A DNA stretch of 64,000 nucleotides. It comes from an uncultured Alphaproteobacteria bacterium (GTDB lineage Bacteria > Pseudomonadota > Alphaproteobacteria > Rhizobiales > Xanthobacteraceae). The first letter of the stretch is position 1, and each line of letters opens with the position of its first letter. The notes beneath the pieces are model-generated. The model made no database searches. It worked only from the letters and a program-made list of their open reading frames with translations, and was not told the DNA's origin. Location: the NCBI GenBank assembly GCA_963756715.1, contig CAVWOV010000035.1, positions 85,728-149,727 of the forward strand, given 5' to 3'. The position numbers and the translations under genes were made by a program. Positions 1 through 9,320 of this stretch are shown piece by piece.

Positions 1-648
1 TCCAGAACATAGACGCGATCGGAGACCAGTTCGGCGAAATGGATGTTCTGCTCCGACAGCAGCACCGAGAGGCCTTCCTTCTTGAGGTCGATGATCGTGT
101 TGGCCATCTGCTCGACGATCACCGGTGCGACGCCTTCCGACGGTTCGTCGAGCAGCACCAGCAGCGGGTTGCCCATCAGCGTACGAGCGACCGTCAGCAT
201 CTGCTGCTCGCCGCCGCTCATGTGGGCGCCGAGCCGATCCGGCATCTGGCCCAGATTGGGAAAGAGCGCGAACAGCTTCTCGGGTGTCCAGGACGGCGCC
301 GGGCGGCCGTCAGGAAATTGTCGATGCGGCTGCAAGCCGATGTCGAGATTCTCCAGCACGGTGAGGCCTGCGAAGATGCGGCGGTCCTCCGGGACGAAAC
401 CCGAGGCCGCGCCGTGCGATCTCGAAGGCCTTCAGCCGGGAAATGTCCTCGCCGAGAAAGCGGACCGTTCCGGCGCGGCGCGCGATCAGCGCCATCAGCG
501 TTTTCATGGTGGTCGATTTGCCGGCGCCGTTGCGGCCCATCAGCGCCACGACCTCGCCGCGGCCGATCTCGAAGGACAGATCAAACAGGATCTGCGCCGC
601 GCCGTACCAGGCCTTAAGCCCGTCCACCTGGAGTATCGGTTCAGTCAT
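1..648 (-). CDS. livF: Branched-chain amino-acid ABC transporter ATP-binding protein (LivF-like); 3' end runs off the window; apparent 1-nt frameshift near 397-399
   Basis: ORF 310..648 begins MTEPILQVDGLKAWYG with Walker A GRNGAGKST. After ..ARRGLGF the conserved continuation VPEDRRIFAGLTVLENL..MSGGEQQML..LLDEPSEG is readable in a neighbouring frame down to nt 1. The break sits on an A3/T3 run. Confidence 0.85.
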
Positions 649-1421
649 GATGCCGGAACCTCGGCGCGGCGCGCCGGCGTGCCGCCGGTGCCGAGATAGA
701 CCTCCTGCACCTGCGGATTGTCCCTGATCGCATCGGCGTCACCGGACGCGATCAGCCTGCCGCGCGCCAGCACGATGATGTGGTCGGCGTACGCGAACAC
801 CACGTCCATCGAGTGCTCGGTAAACAGCACGGAAATCTTGCGCTCGACCACCAGCCGCTTGGTGAGCGCAATCAGGTCGTTGCGTTCGCGCGGCGCCATG
901 CCGGCGGTCGGCTCGTCCATCAACAAAAGGCGAGGATTGTTGGCGAGCGCGATCGCCAGCTCAACACGCTTCACGTCGCCATAGGCCAATTCCTTGCAGG
1001 CGCGCTCGGCGTCGCCCGCCATCCCGACCTGGTCGAGCAGTTCGATTGCGCGTTCGCGATGCCGACGGGTGAAGCTCGTGGTGAATTGGAATATCTCGCC
1101 ATGGAAGCTCGCCAGCGCAAGCTGCACGTTCTCCACGACCGTCATCGAGCCGAAGGTCGCGGCCACCTGGAAAGTGCGGCCGACGCCGAGCCGCCAGATG
1201 TCCCGTGGCTTCAGCCCGACGATACTGCGTTCGGCCAGAATGATGTCGCCGCTGTCGGGCGAAAGCTGCCCGTTGATCATGTTGAAGCAGGTCGACTTAC
1301 CGGCGCCGTTGGGGCCGATCAGCGCGAGAAATTTCCCCTGCTCAACATCGAAGCTCACGTCGTCGACGGCACGGACGCCGCCGAACGACTTGCGCAGCGC
1401 GCGCACCGACAGCACGCTCAT
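645..1421 (-). CDS. livG: Branched-chain amino-acid ABC transporter ATP-binding protein (LivG-like)
   Basis: Internal ATG at 1421 of ORF 645..1961 (MSVLSVRALRKSFGG..). Walker A GPNGAGKST and Walker B LLLMDEPTAG. ATGA overlap with the upstream permease stop at 1418 and 4-nt overlap with the livF start. Confidence 0.9.
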   Translation of the reverse strand: MSVLSVRALRKSFGGVRAVDDVSFDVEQGKFLALIGPNGAGKSTCFNMINGQLSPDSGDIILAERSIVGLKPRDIWRLGVGRTFQVAATFGSMTVVENVQLALASFHGEIFQFTTSFTRRHRERAIELLDQVGMAGDAERACKELAYGDVKRVELAIALANNPRLLLMDEPTAGMAPRERNDLIALTKRLVVERKISVLFTEHSMDVVFAYADHIIVLARGRLIASGDADAIRDNPQVQEVYLGTGGTPARRAEVPAS

Positions 1422-3298
1422 CGCCGCACCTTTTCGGTCCATTTGGCAAGCGTGCCGACAATGCCGGCGGGGAACACCAGGACCAGCAGCAGGATGATGG
1501 CGCCGAGCAATGCGCGCCAGTATTCCGTCTGGCGCATGATGGTGTCCTGCAGGATCATGAAAACGGGCGCCCCGACCAGTGGCCCGATCAGCGTCTGGAT
1601 GCCGCCCAAGAGAACCATCACCAGCCCGTCGACGGAACGCCCGACCGCGATGGTTTCGGGCGAGATCGAACCCTTGGCGAAGGCAAACAGGCCGCCCGCC
1701 ACGCCGCAGATTGCGCCCGCGATCGCGAAGGCGATCCAGTGCACCCGTTTGACGTTGATGCCGATCGCTTCCGCCCGCAGCGGGGAATCGCGACCGGCGC
1801 GCATCGCATAGCCGAAGGGTGAGAACAGCATTCGCCGCATGAACAGAACGCCGCAGACCGTGAGCGCGAGCGTCAGCAGGAAATAGCTCCAGCGTTCCGT
1901 GAACGGTGCGGTCGGCCAGATGCCGAGAACGCCATTGGAGCCGCCGGTCAGGTCCTCCCACTGGAACACGATCGCCCAGACGATCTGTGCGAACGCGAGT
2001 GTCAGCATCGCCAGATAGACGCCGGAGAGCCGGACCGCGAACCAGCCGAACAGCAGCGCGCCGGCACCCGCCGCGACCGGCGTGACCAGCAGGGCGAGCG
2101 GCATGTTGGCGGCGAAGAATTTGACCAGCAGGCCGGCCCCATAGGCTCCGAGACCGAAGTAGGCGGCGTGCCCGAACGAGTGCATGCCTCCCGGTCCCAT
2201 GATGAAATGCAGACTGGTCGCGAAGATCACGGCGATCAGCACGTCGATGCCGAGCACCAGCACGTAGGGGTACCAGGGCTCGATCAACGGCAAGAGGATC
2301 AGCGCAACGAGTAATGCCGCACCGGCAAGTTTGAGGGCGGTGGTGGCCGGGCGGATCGGATCATCCTCGGCGGACGGATTGCGTACCGCGATCTGCGGAC
2401 GGCCCAGCAGGCCGTACGGCCGCACGATCAGGACCACCGCCATCACCAGGAACTCGGCGACCAGCGTGAGCTTCGAGAAATTGACCGAGATGCCGCCGAA
2501 GTCGACCACGCCGATGGCGATGCACAACGCCTTGATCTCGGCGATGATAACGGCAGCGAGATAAGCGCCGGTGATCGATCCCATGCCGCCGACCACCACG
2601 ACCACGAAGGCGTCGCCCAGGACGGTCAGGTCCATCGCCAGGTTGGCGGGCTCGCGCGCGAGCTGCAGCGCGCCGCCAAGGCCGGCCAGGAACGATCCGC
2701 AGGCGAACACCGCGGTGAACAGCAGGGCCTGATTGACGCCGAGTGCGCCGACCATCTCGCGGTCCTGGGTGGCCGCGCGAATCAGACGCCCGAAGCGGGT
2801 CTTGGCCTGCAGCAGGTAGAGCAGGAGGAGGACGAACGGACCGGCGAAGAGCAGGAAAAGGTCGTAGGTCGGAAAGCGGCGGTGAAGGATCTCGATCGAG
2901 CCGCGCAAGCCCGGAGCGCGCGGGCCGAACAGGTCTTCGTTGCCCCAGATCCAGAGCGTGGCGTCGTTGATGACCAGCAGCACCGCGAAGGTCGCAAGCA
3001 ACTGGAAGAGCTCGGGTGCCTGATAGATGCGCCGCAACAGCAGGACTTCGATCGCGGCGCCGATCGCCGCGACCGCAAGAGGCGCCAGCAGCAGGCTGCC
3101 CCAGAATCCGAGCCCGCCACCGACCTTGGTCGCAATGCTGTAGGCGATGTAGATGCCCAGCATATAGAGCGAACCGTGCGCGATGTTCACGATCCGCGTC
3201 ACGCCGAAAATTAGCGACAGGCCAGCTCCGACGAAGAACAGGCCGGACGCGGAGGCGAGTCCGTTGAGCGCCTGAAACAGAAGGGCGTCGAGCGTCAT
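1418..3298 (-). CDS. Fused LivH-LivM type branched-chain amino-acid ABC permease (626 aa)
   Basis: The N-terminal ~295 aa resemble LivH (..NIAHGSLYMLG.., ..TQDREMVGALGVN..). After a short linker, the C-terminal ~310 aa resemble LivM (..GGMHSFGHAAYFGLGAY.., ..RAGRDSPLRAEAIGINV..). Single uninterrupted ORF. Confidence 0.85.
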   Translation of the reverse strand: MTLDALLFQALNGLASASGLFFVGAGLSLIFGVTRIVNIAHGSLYMLGIYIAYSIATKVGGGLGFWGSLLLAPLAVAAIGAAIEVLLLRRIYQAPELFQLLATFAVLLVINDATLWIWGNEDLFGPRAPGLRGSIEILHRRFPTYDLFLLFAGPFVLLLLYLLQAKTRFGRLIRAATQDREMVGALGVNQALLFTAVFACGSFLAGLGGALQLAREPANLAMDLTVLGDAFVVVVVGGMGSITGAYLAAVIIAEIKALCIAIGVVDFGGISVNFSKLTLVAEFLVMAVVLIVRPYGLLGRPQIAVRNPSAEDDPIRPATTALKLAGAALLVALILLPLIEPWYPYVLVLGIDVLIAVIFATSLHFIMGPGGMHSFGHAAYFGLGAYGAGLLVKFFAANMPLALLVTPVAAGAGALLFGWFAVRLSGVYLAMLTLAFAQIVWAIVFQWEDLTGGSNGVLGIWPTAPFTERWSYFLLTLALTVCGVLFMRRMLFSPFGYAMRAGRDSPLRAEAIGINVKRVHWIAFAIAGAICGVAGGLFAFAKGSISPETIAVGRSVDGLVMVLLGGIQTLIGPLVGAPVFMILQDTIMRQTEYWRALLGAIILLLVLVFPAGIVGTLAKWTEKVRR

Positions 3299-3337
3299 CG
3301 ATAAGTTGCGCGGTGACCGGCCGACAAGCTCCGGTCA

Positions 3338-3416
3338 TTCCCGCGCAAGCGGGAACCCTGCCTTCGTTTGCGCAGACATGCGGCGGCAAAGCTGGGTCCC
3401 CGCTTTCGCGGGGACG
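3338..3416. repeat. Pair of GC-rich REP-like hairpins in the livHM / binding-protein intergenic region
   Basis: TTCCCGC-gcaa-GCGGGAA (3338-3355) and GTCCCCGC-tttc-GCGGGGAC (3396-3416). A related TTCCCGC..GCGGGAA hairpin recurs at 4921-4949. Confidence 0.7.
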
Positions 3417-3459
3417 ACTGGAGTGGGATGCGTTTGCCGCCCAATGCTTCCGCCAAGCC

Positions 3460-4671
3460 TTATTCTGCCGCCGGACGAAGCTTCTTCACCTCGGCATCGG
3501 AGGGCAGCACGCTGGCACCATCGACATACTTGAAATCGCTCATGGTGCCCTTGCCCTTTTCCAGCGCGATCTTGCCGACATAGGCACCCATGGTCGCCTG
3601 GTGATCGCTGGCCCGATAGACGAACGGGCCAAACGGGCTGTCGACCTTGAGCCCTTTGAAGGCCGCGATCAGCTTCTCGGTGTCGGTCGAACCCGCCTTC
3701 TTGATGCCGGCCGCCAGCGATTGAATGGTCACGTAGCCGACGACCGAGCCGAGGCGCGGGTAGTCATGGTATTTCTTCTGGTACGCGTCGACGAAGGCCT
3801 TGTGTTCCGGCGTGTTGACCTTGTCCCAGGGATAGCCGGTCACGATCCAGCCGACCGGCGCTTCGTCCTTCAGCGGATCGAGATATTCCGGCTCGCCGGA
3901 CAGCAGGCTCACGACGGGGCGGTTCTTGAACACGCCGCGGGTATTGCCTTCGCGTACGAATTTCGCCAGGTCCGCGCCGAACAGTACATTGAAGATGGCG
4001 TCCGGCTTGGCGTCGTCGATCGCCTGCACGACGGCTCCGGCATCGACTTTGCCGAGCGGCGGCGCCTGCTCGGTGACAAATTCCACGTCGGGCTGCTTGG
4101 CCTTCATCAGCGCCTTGAAGTTGGCGGCGGCCGACTGGCCATACTCGAAGTTCGGATAGACCAGCGCCCAGCGCTTTTTCTTCGCCGCCAGCGCGTCGGG
4201 CAGCATCATCGCCACCTGCATGTAGGTCGAGGAGCGCAGGCGGAAGGTGTATTTGTTGCCGTTCTGCCAGGTGATCTTGTCGGTCAACGGCTCGGCGGCG
4301 AGAAAGAACACCTTCTTCTTGCCGGCGAATTCCGTGACCGCGAGCCCGATATGCGACAGGAATGTGCCGGCCAGAATATGCACCCCCTCGCGGGTGATAA
4401 GCTCGTCGGCCACGCGGACCGCATCGCCGGGATTGGCGCCATCGTCGCGCGAGATGACTTCGAGCTTCTTGCCGAGCACGCCGCCCTTGGCGTTGATCTC
4501 TTCGACCGCCATTTCCCAGCCCTTCTTATAGGGGTCGAGGAACGCAGGCTGCGATTTGTAGCTGTTCAGTTCGCCTATCTTGATCGTGTTTTGCGCGAAG
4601 ACGGGGCTGCCGAAGCAAACGGCACCTGCGCCTGCGGCTGCGAGCCGCAGCAGTTGGGATCTCGTGATCAT
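3460..4671 (-). CDS. Periplasmic branched-chain amino-acid (Leu/Ile/Val-type) ABC substrate-binding protein
   Basis: ORF 3460..4803 with the start moved to ATG 4671, giving the signal peptide MITRSQLLRLAAAGAGAVCFGSPVFAQN. The rest is typical LivK-family sequence, and the gene heads the livHM-livG-livF gene string. Confidence 0.85.
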   Translation of the reverse strand: MITRSQLLRLAAAGAGAVCFGSPVFAQNTIKIGELNSYKSQPAFLDPYKKGWEMAVEEINAKGGVLGKKLEVISRDDGANPGDAVRVADELITREGVHILAGTFLSHIGLAVTEFAGKKKVFFLAAEPLTDKITWQNGNKYTFRLRSSTYMQVAMMLPDALAAKKKRWALVYPNFEYGQSAAANFKALMKAKQPDVEFVTEQAPPLGKVDAGAVVQAIDDAKPDAIFNVLFGADLAKFVREGNTRGVFKNRPVVSLLSGEPEYLDPLKDEAPVGWIVTGYPWDKVNTPEHKAFVDAYQKKYHDYPRLGSVVGYVTIQSLAAGIKKAGSTDTEKLIAAFKGLKVDSPFGPFVYRASDHQATMGAYVGKIALEKGKGTMSDFKYVDGASVLPSDAEVKKLRPAAE

Positions 4672-4920
4672 GCGCGTTCTCCGTGGAAGGTCGATCGCAC
4701 TGAAGATGTGCAGCCATTTTCTTTTGGCATTTCTGCACAAATAGTCCGTTTCGCCCGAAACCTTGTCAAGGTCACATAAGCGCGCGCGATTGCCGCAAAT
4801 CACGGCATCTGCGGATCATGCTCAGCAGCAGAATTCATCTAATGGATGGGCAAATGCCTCTCCCTCCGTTCGTCCCGTGCAGGTGGGGCCCCAGTATTCG
4901 CGAAGCAGAAAAGTACTGGA

Positions 4921-4949
4921 TTCCCGCTTGCGCGTCGCTTGCGCGGGAA
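4921..4949. repeat. REP-like hairpin
   Basis: TTCCCGC-N15-GCGGGAA, same stem as the 3338-3355 hairpin; lies between the binding-protein promoter region and the SDR stop. Confidence 0.6.
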
Positions 4950-4988
4950 TGAACGGAGTGTGTGGCTCGATTCGAACGTACGCCTGCG

Positions 4989-5801
4989 TCACTTGCGGTC
5001 GCGCAGGCGGTCCATCAGCGACTTCTCCTGGCCGCCGTCGATTTCGATCTGGGTACCGTTGACCATCTGCATCAGCGGCGAAGCCAGCATGACGACGAGG
5101 CTCGCGACTTCCTCGACCTCGGCGATGCGGCCCATCGGGATCGAAGACGGCGCGAGCTTGTCGGCTTCATCGAGCGGCAGGTTCATGTCGCGCGACATCG
5201 CCGCAACCAGCCCGGCCCAGCGCTCGGTCCGCACCGGGCCGGGATTGACCGCGCAAAAGCTGATGCCGTGCTTGCCGTATTGTCCGGCGAGCGACATCGT
5301 GAGGTTCTGGCCGGCGGCGTTGGCGGCACCCGGGCAGATTTCCCAGTAGGACGGTTTCACGCCGTCATTGCCGATGAGGTTCACGACGCGGCCGCCGCCC
5401 TGCTTGACCATGATCGGCAGCACGTAGCGCAGGCAGCGCACATAACCCATGAACTTGAGCTGCAGGCCCTTCTCCCAGTCGTCCTCGGTCAGATGTTCGA
5501 TCACGCCGCCGGCCGCGGAACCGGCGTTGTTGACCATGATGTCGACCCGGCCGAGCGCCTTGTGGGCCTGCTCGATGAAGTTCTTGGCGTCGGCGTCCTT
5601 GCGCAGATCGGCCGGGATGGCGACGATCTTGCGGCCGGTGGCCTTGGCGATCTCGGCGGCGGCGGCTTCGAGCGGCTCCTTGCGGCGGGCGCAGATCACC
5701 ACGTCGACGCCTTCCTTCGCCAGCAACAGCGCAATGCCCTTGCCGATGCCCTCGCTGCCGCCGGTCACCAGCGCGGTCTTGCCTTTGAGCTGAAGGTCCA
5801 T
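4989..5801 (-). CDS. SDR-family oxidoreductase (270 aa)
   Basis: Internal ATG at 5801 of ORF 4989..6692 (MDLQLKGKTALVTGGSEGIGKG..). TGxxxGIG cofactor motif, NNAG, and an S..Y..K-type core. Confidence 0.9.
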   Translation of the reverse strand: MDLQLKGKTALVTGGSEGIGKGIALLLAKEGVDVVICARRKEPLEAAAAEIAKATGRKIVAIPADLRKDADAKNFIEQAHKALGRVDIMVNNAGSAAGGVIEHLTEDDWEKGLQLKFMGYVRCLRYVLPIMVKQGGGRVVNLIGNDGVKPSYWEICPGAANAAGQNLTMSLAGQYGKHGISFCAVNPGPVRTERWAGLVAAMSRDMNLPLDEADKLAPSSIPMGRIAEVEEVASLVVMLASPLMQMVNGTQIEIDGGQEKSLMDRLRDRK

Positions 5802-5830
5802 CTCGATCTCCTTGAACTGATGACTGCGGT

Positions 5831-6692
5831 TTACGCGTGGGGCTTGTGGGACAGCCAGGCGCCACGTTCCGCCTCGGCGAAGAATTCGGCGAGCGCGGCA
5901 TTGAACTTCTCCGGCTCCTCGCTGGTCAGCGTGTGACCGGTGCGCGGCACGACCACCAGGCCGGCGGTCGGCGCGGTGCGGCGCAGGAACACGCTGGCGT
6001 CGAGGCACCAGTCGTCCTCGTCGCCGACTACGATGAGCAGCGGCGGCGTGAATCTCTTTAAGTCGGCCTGCATGTCCCATAGGGTCGGGCGCTTGGCCTG
6101 CAGATTGGCCATGGTCAGCGAATGACCGAGCGGCGAATGCTCGCTCAGCATCTTGACGAAATGCGCATAGCCGCGCGGATCCTTGTTCTTCTGCGACTGA
6201 CGGGTCGGGCCGTCGCCGTACTTCACCGCGGCGTCCGCCATCGTGCTCTGGGCGAACATCTTGGCGGTCTCGCGCGAGGCGGCGCGCGACTCCTCGACGA
6301 TCTTGGGGTCTGCGCTCGAACCGTAGCCGCAGCCTGCCGCCGTCACCGAGATGCAGCGCGCCGGGATACTGGATGCCGACATGCAGCGCGGTGGATGCGC
6401 CCATCGAGTGGCCGACCACGTGCGCCTTGTCGATCTTCAGCGCATCCATGACGGCAATCACGTCATCGCGGAAGACGTCCTGGGTGTATTTGCCGGGGTC
6501 TTCCGGCACGTCGGACGGCGGGTAGCCGCGCTGGCTGTAGGTGACGCAGCGGTGCGAGCGGGCGAAGTGCCGCATCTGCGGCTCCCACGTCCGGTAGTCG
6601 GCCGCGTATTCGTGAACGAACACAACCGGCGTGCCGCTGCCTGCTTCCTCGACGTAGAGTTTCGTTCCGTCGGGTGTGGAGATTTTTGGCAT
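5831..6692 (-). CDS. Alpha/beta-fold hydrolase; apparent 1-nt frameshift at about 6361-6365
   Basis: The N-terminus MPKISTPDGTKLYVEEAGSGTPVVFVHE..GHSMGAST (nucleophile elbow) lies in the ORF 4989..6692 frame. The sequence continues seamlessly (..IQYP|ARCISVTAAGCGYGS..TGHTLTSEEPEKFN..) in ORF 5831..6382. The break is on a CC/GGG run. Confidence 0.8.
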
Positions 6693-6798
6693 GCGGGACT
6701 TTTTTGAAGTGAGCGTGCAACGCAGTCGATTTTCGGAATGGCAAGGGTATTCAACTCATTCTACCCATGCAAGGCGAGGCGCTGCCGCGCTGGTAGTC

Positions 6799-6900
6799 GC
6801 TCCCTCTCCCCGTCTGGGGAGAGGGTTGGGGCGAGGGGTTACAACTCGACCGATAGACCTTAACCCCTCACCCCACCCCTCTCCCAATGGGAGAGGGAGC
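6799..6900. repeat. About 100-bp compound palindromic intergenic element (copy 1)
   Basis: GCTCCCTCTCCCCgtcTGGGGAGAGGG..GGGGCGAGGGGTT-spacer-AACCCCTCACCCC..CCCTCTCCCaatGGGAGAGGGAGC. The left half is the reverse complement of the right half. A second copy lies at 9148-9249. Confidence 0.85.
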
Positions 6901-6941
6901 AGACCACTGATGCTGCGCCGTTGCTACTTCCAAGTTGCGTG

Positions 6942-8174
6942 TCACTGAATGCGCATCGGCAGGAGCTGCAACCGCAACTCACCGACCGCGCCGCCATAGA
7001 CCGGCTTGAAATTCGGATCGCTGATGTGGGCCTGCGGAAAGCGCGCCAGTAACCGCGTGATTGCGATGGTGATGGTGGTGCGCCCCAGGATGTTGCCGAC
7101 GCAATGGTGCGGACCCGCGCCGAACGACAGGATGCGCTTCGGCTTGCGGTGGATGTCGAACCTTAGCGGATCGGGAAATGCGTCCGGGTCGTAGTTCGGC
7201 GCCAGCGGCGACGGCCGCACCACCATGCCTTTGAGAATGCGGGTGCCGCCCACCTCGGTGTCGCGCGTGGCAATGCGCGGGAAAGTGAAGTAGCCGTTGC
7301 TGCCCAGCCGCAGGCATTCCTCGATCGCCTCCGGGATGAGCGACGGATCGCGGATCAATTGCGCGCGCTGGTCGTCGTGGGTATAGAGCAGATAGAGCGC
7401 GCCGCCGGCGGCCCGGCTGGTCGCCGACAGTGATGCGCCGCAGATGCCGAAAATCTGGTCGAACAGTTCGCGGTCGTTGAGCTTGTCGCCAGCATCGCGG
7501 GCATTGACAAGGTCGCTGATGAAGTCCGGGCGCGGGCTCGCGCGCCGCTCATCGATGATGACGTTGATCTCCTCCATGGTGCGGTCGAAGGCGCGGCGCA
7601 GCTCCGGCGACCACGACTCGCCGGGCTTCACGTAGGTGGTACCCGGAATGAGGTCGTGGAACGCGGTGAACACCGCTTTGCGGCGCTCGTCCATCGCCAC
7701 CATCGCGGTCAGCAGTGCGTCGACGACAAGATGCGCGCCGTAGTCCTGCATGCCGTCGAACGCGGGGCCGTTCGCCTCGATGCGGTCGAGCATGCCGTCG
7801 ACAATGCCGGTGATGCTCTCCTTGAGCTGTTCGATCCGCCGCGACGAGAACGCCGGCATCAGCAATCGGCGGACGCGGGCGTGCTGCTCGCCGTCCATCT
7901 GCGTGACGAACTGCGCGTCCATGATCTTGTTGAACTGCTCCCAGCCCGGTCCGCGCGGCATCTCCGATGCAAAGGTCTGTGTATCCGAGAAGACTTTGTG
8001 CACGTCGGCGTAGCGGCCGACCACGACCTGAGGCTGGCCCTGGCCCAGCACGTAGAACGGCGGCCGCCGTGCCCAATCGGCCATGTGCTGATGCGCATTC
8101 GCCTTGAACTCGGCGCTGCCGAGGTCAATGTCGACGACGTTGCTTTGATCCAGTTCCAGCGTTGACAACATCAT
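6942..8174 (-). CDS. Cytochrome P450
   Basis: Heme-binding loop FGAGPHHCVG, and ExxR (EECLR). Start set at the MM codons at 8174, preceded by GGAGGAA. The ORF track extends to 8258. Confidence 0.9.
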   Translation of the reverse strand: MMLSTLELDQSNVVDIDLGSAEFKANAHQHMADWARRPPFYVLGQGQPQVVVGRYADVHKVFSDTQTFASEMPRGPGWEQFNKIMDAQFVTQMDGEQHARVRRLLMPAFSSRRIEQLKESITGIVDGMLDRIEANGPAFDGMQDYGAHLVVDALLTAMVAMDERRKAVFTAFHDLIPGTTYVKPGESWSPELRRAFDRTMEEINVIIDERRASPRPDFISDLVNARDAGDKLNDRELFDQIFGICGASLSATSRAAGGALYLLYTHDDQRAQLIRDPSLIPEAIEECLRLGSNGYFTFPRIATRDTEVGGTRILKGMVVRPSPLAPNYDPDAFPDPLRFDIHRKPKRILSFGAGPHHCVGNILGRTTITIAITRLLARFPQAHISDPNFKPVYGGAVGELRLQLLPMRIQ

Positions 8175-8184
8175 TCCTCCGAAA

Positions 8185-9033
8185 TCAGCCACCCAATATC
8201 GCCTTGGCGGCGTCACCGACCGCCTCGACGTTCTCGCCGCAATCCAGGAAGGCGACAATCCGGCACGGGCAGCCTTCGAGCCCCTCGTAACGCCAGGGGA
8301 ACGCTCCGATGATAGCGCGCTTGTTGAGCATCAACTCGATGTCGCCGCCGAGATTTTCCGCGTGCAGCAACCCTTCCTGGAACGCCCAGTTGTGGAATGG
8401 AAACACGTCAGCGGAGACCTTGCGGCCGGATTTCTTGTGGGTGTACTCGAACGTGCCAAAGAACTCACCCGGCGTCTTGCCGTGCTTCCTGGTGAACTCC
8501 TCGGCGAGGTCCGGCCGCATGTAGCGGATCGAGGTGTTCATGGCGTGGTCGCAGGAGCCGGTGTCCATGCCCCACCACTTGATCTTCTTCTTGAACATCC
8601 AGTCGAGTGTTTCGAGGCTCGGGCCGGGGTGGTAGCAGAAGTAGCGCACCAGGTCCTGCTGCGACTGGCCCTCGTAGTGCTTGTGCCAGCCGGTATGCAG
8701 AATCAGGATGTCGCCCTCGCGGATATCGGCGCCTGCGCTCTCGATGATCTGCGGCGTGATCACCGCCCAGTCGGTCATGTGCTTGGAGATGTCGACCACC
8801 ACGCCGCGGTTGCAGAGATAGTCCAGCGGCAGGTGCGCCATGTCGCCCTGGCGGTTGTCGGTCGCGTGCATCGCGCCGTCGAAATGCGTGCCGACATGCA
8901 GCGCGGTGTCGATGCGCTGCGCCACGATCCGCACGGTCTGCAGGTTCTGCGCGTAATACATCTTGTTGCCGGCGTAGCCGACCCAGCCCGGCGTGTGCAC
9001 GTTCATCACGTGAGTCATATCGATGATTTTCAT
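8185..9033 (-). CDS. Cyclase-family (kynurenine-formamidase-like) metal hydrolase
   Basis: ATG at 9033 (MKIIDMTHVMN..). HVGTHFDGAMH motif typical of the putative-cyclase fold. Stop lies 10 nt upstream of the P450 start, so the two are probably an operon. Confidence 0.75.
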   Translation of the reverse strand: MKIIDMTHVMNVHTPGWVGYAGNKMYYAQNLQTVRIVAQRIDTALHVGTHFDGAMHATDNRQGDMAHLPLDYLCNRGVVVDISKHMTDWAVITPQIIESAGADIREGDILILHTGWHKHYEGQSQQDLVRYFCYHPGPSLETLDWMFKKKIKWWGMDTGSCDHAMNTSIRYMRPDLAEEFTRKHGKTPGEFFGTFEYTHKKSGRKVSADVFPFHNWAFQEGLLHAENLGGDIELMLNKRAIIGAFPWRYEGLEGCPCRIVAFLDCGENVEAVGDAAKAILGG

Positions 9034-9147
9034 CGCTTGTTCCTTTTGGTCGAAGGTGGTCAGCTTGCGGTTTGCTGGAGCGGGATTAGGACCGCTGATA
9101 CGCAAGGGGAGTCGATTAAGTCAATGAATGCGCAGCGGTGTCGGTCG

Positions 9148-9249
9148 GCTCCCTCTCCCCGTCGGGGAGAGGGGTGGGGAGAGGGGGATCGAAGCCTATC
9201 GATGGATCGTAACCCCTCACCCCAACCCTCTCCCTATGGGAGAGGGGGC
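9148..9249. repeat. About 100-bp compound palindromic intergenic element (copy 2)
   Basis: Same arms as 6799-6900. The central spacer resembles the reverse complement of the copy 1 spacer, so the copies are inverted relative to each other. Confidence 0.85.
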
Positions 9250-9320
9250 CCACCGCTTCTGCCGGTCGATCATCGAAATTCAACTTCTCTCGGCCCTGAG
9301 CCGACAACCGAAGATCACCT

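Noticed and set aside
645-1961. 438-aa version of the livG ORF with a 180-residue N-terminal extension.
   Set aside because: The extension overlaps the end of the permease gene in another frame and is Arg-rich. The conserved LivG sequence starts at Met 1421 with an ATGA stop/start overlap.
3301-3309. ATAAGTTGC upstream of the livHM start, matching the ATAAGTTGC that precedes hairpins B and C.
   Set aside because: This is only a 9-mer with no hairpin attached here, so it could be chance. It is noted only in case a genome-wide search shows enrichment.
3313-4779. Long plus-strand ORF (488 aa) opposite the binding-protein gene. Similar antisense ORFs occur at 780-1811, 9315-11573, 12738-13922, 15214-16824, 16612-17934, 18114-19106, 22157-23434, 45307-46371, 49137-49934, 57648-59033 and 60443-61837.
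   Set aside because: These are typical shadow ORFs of a high-GC genome. They are Arg/Ala/Gly/Pro-rich with no recognisable motifs, and each lies fully opposite a gene with clear family signatures.
4989-6692. A 567-aa ORF that would fuse an alpha/beta hydrolase N-terminus to an SDR.
   Set aside because: The middle ~160 residues are Arg-rich out-of-frame read-through. The hydrolase continues in ORF 5831..6382 after a 1-nt shift, and the SDR has its own ATG at 5801.
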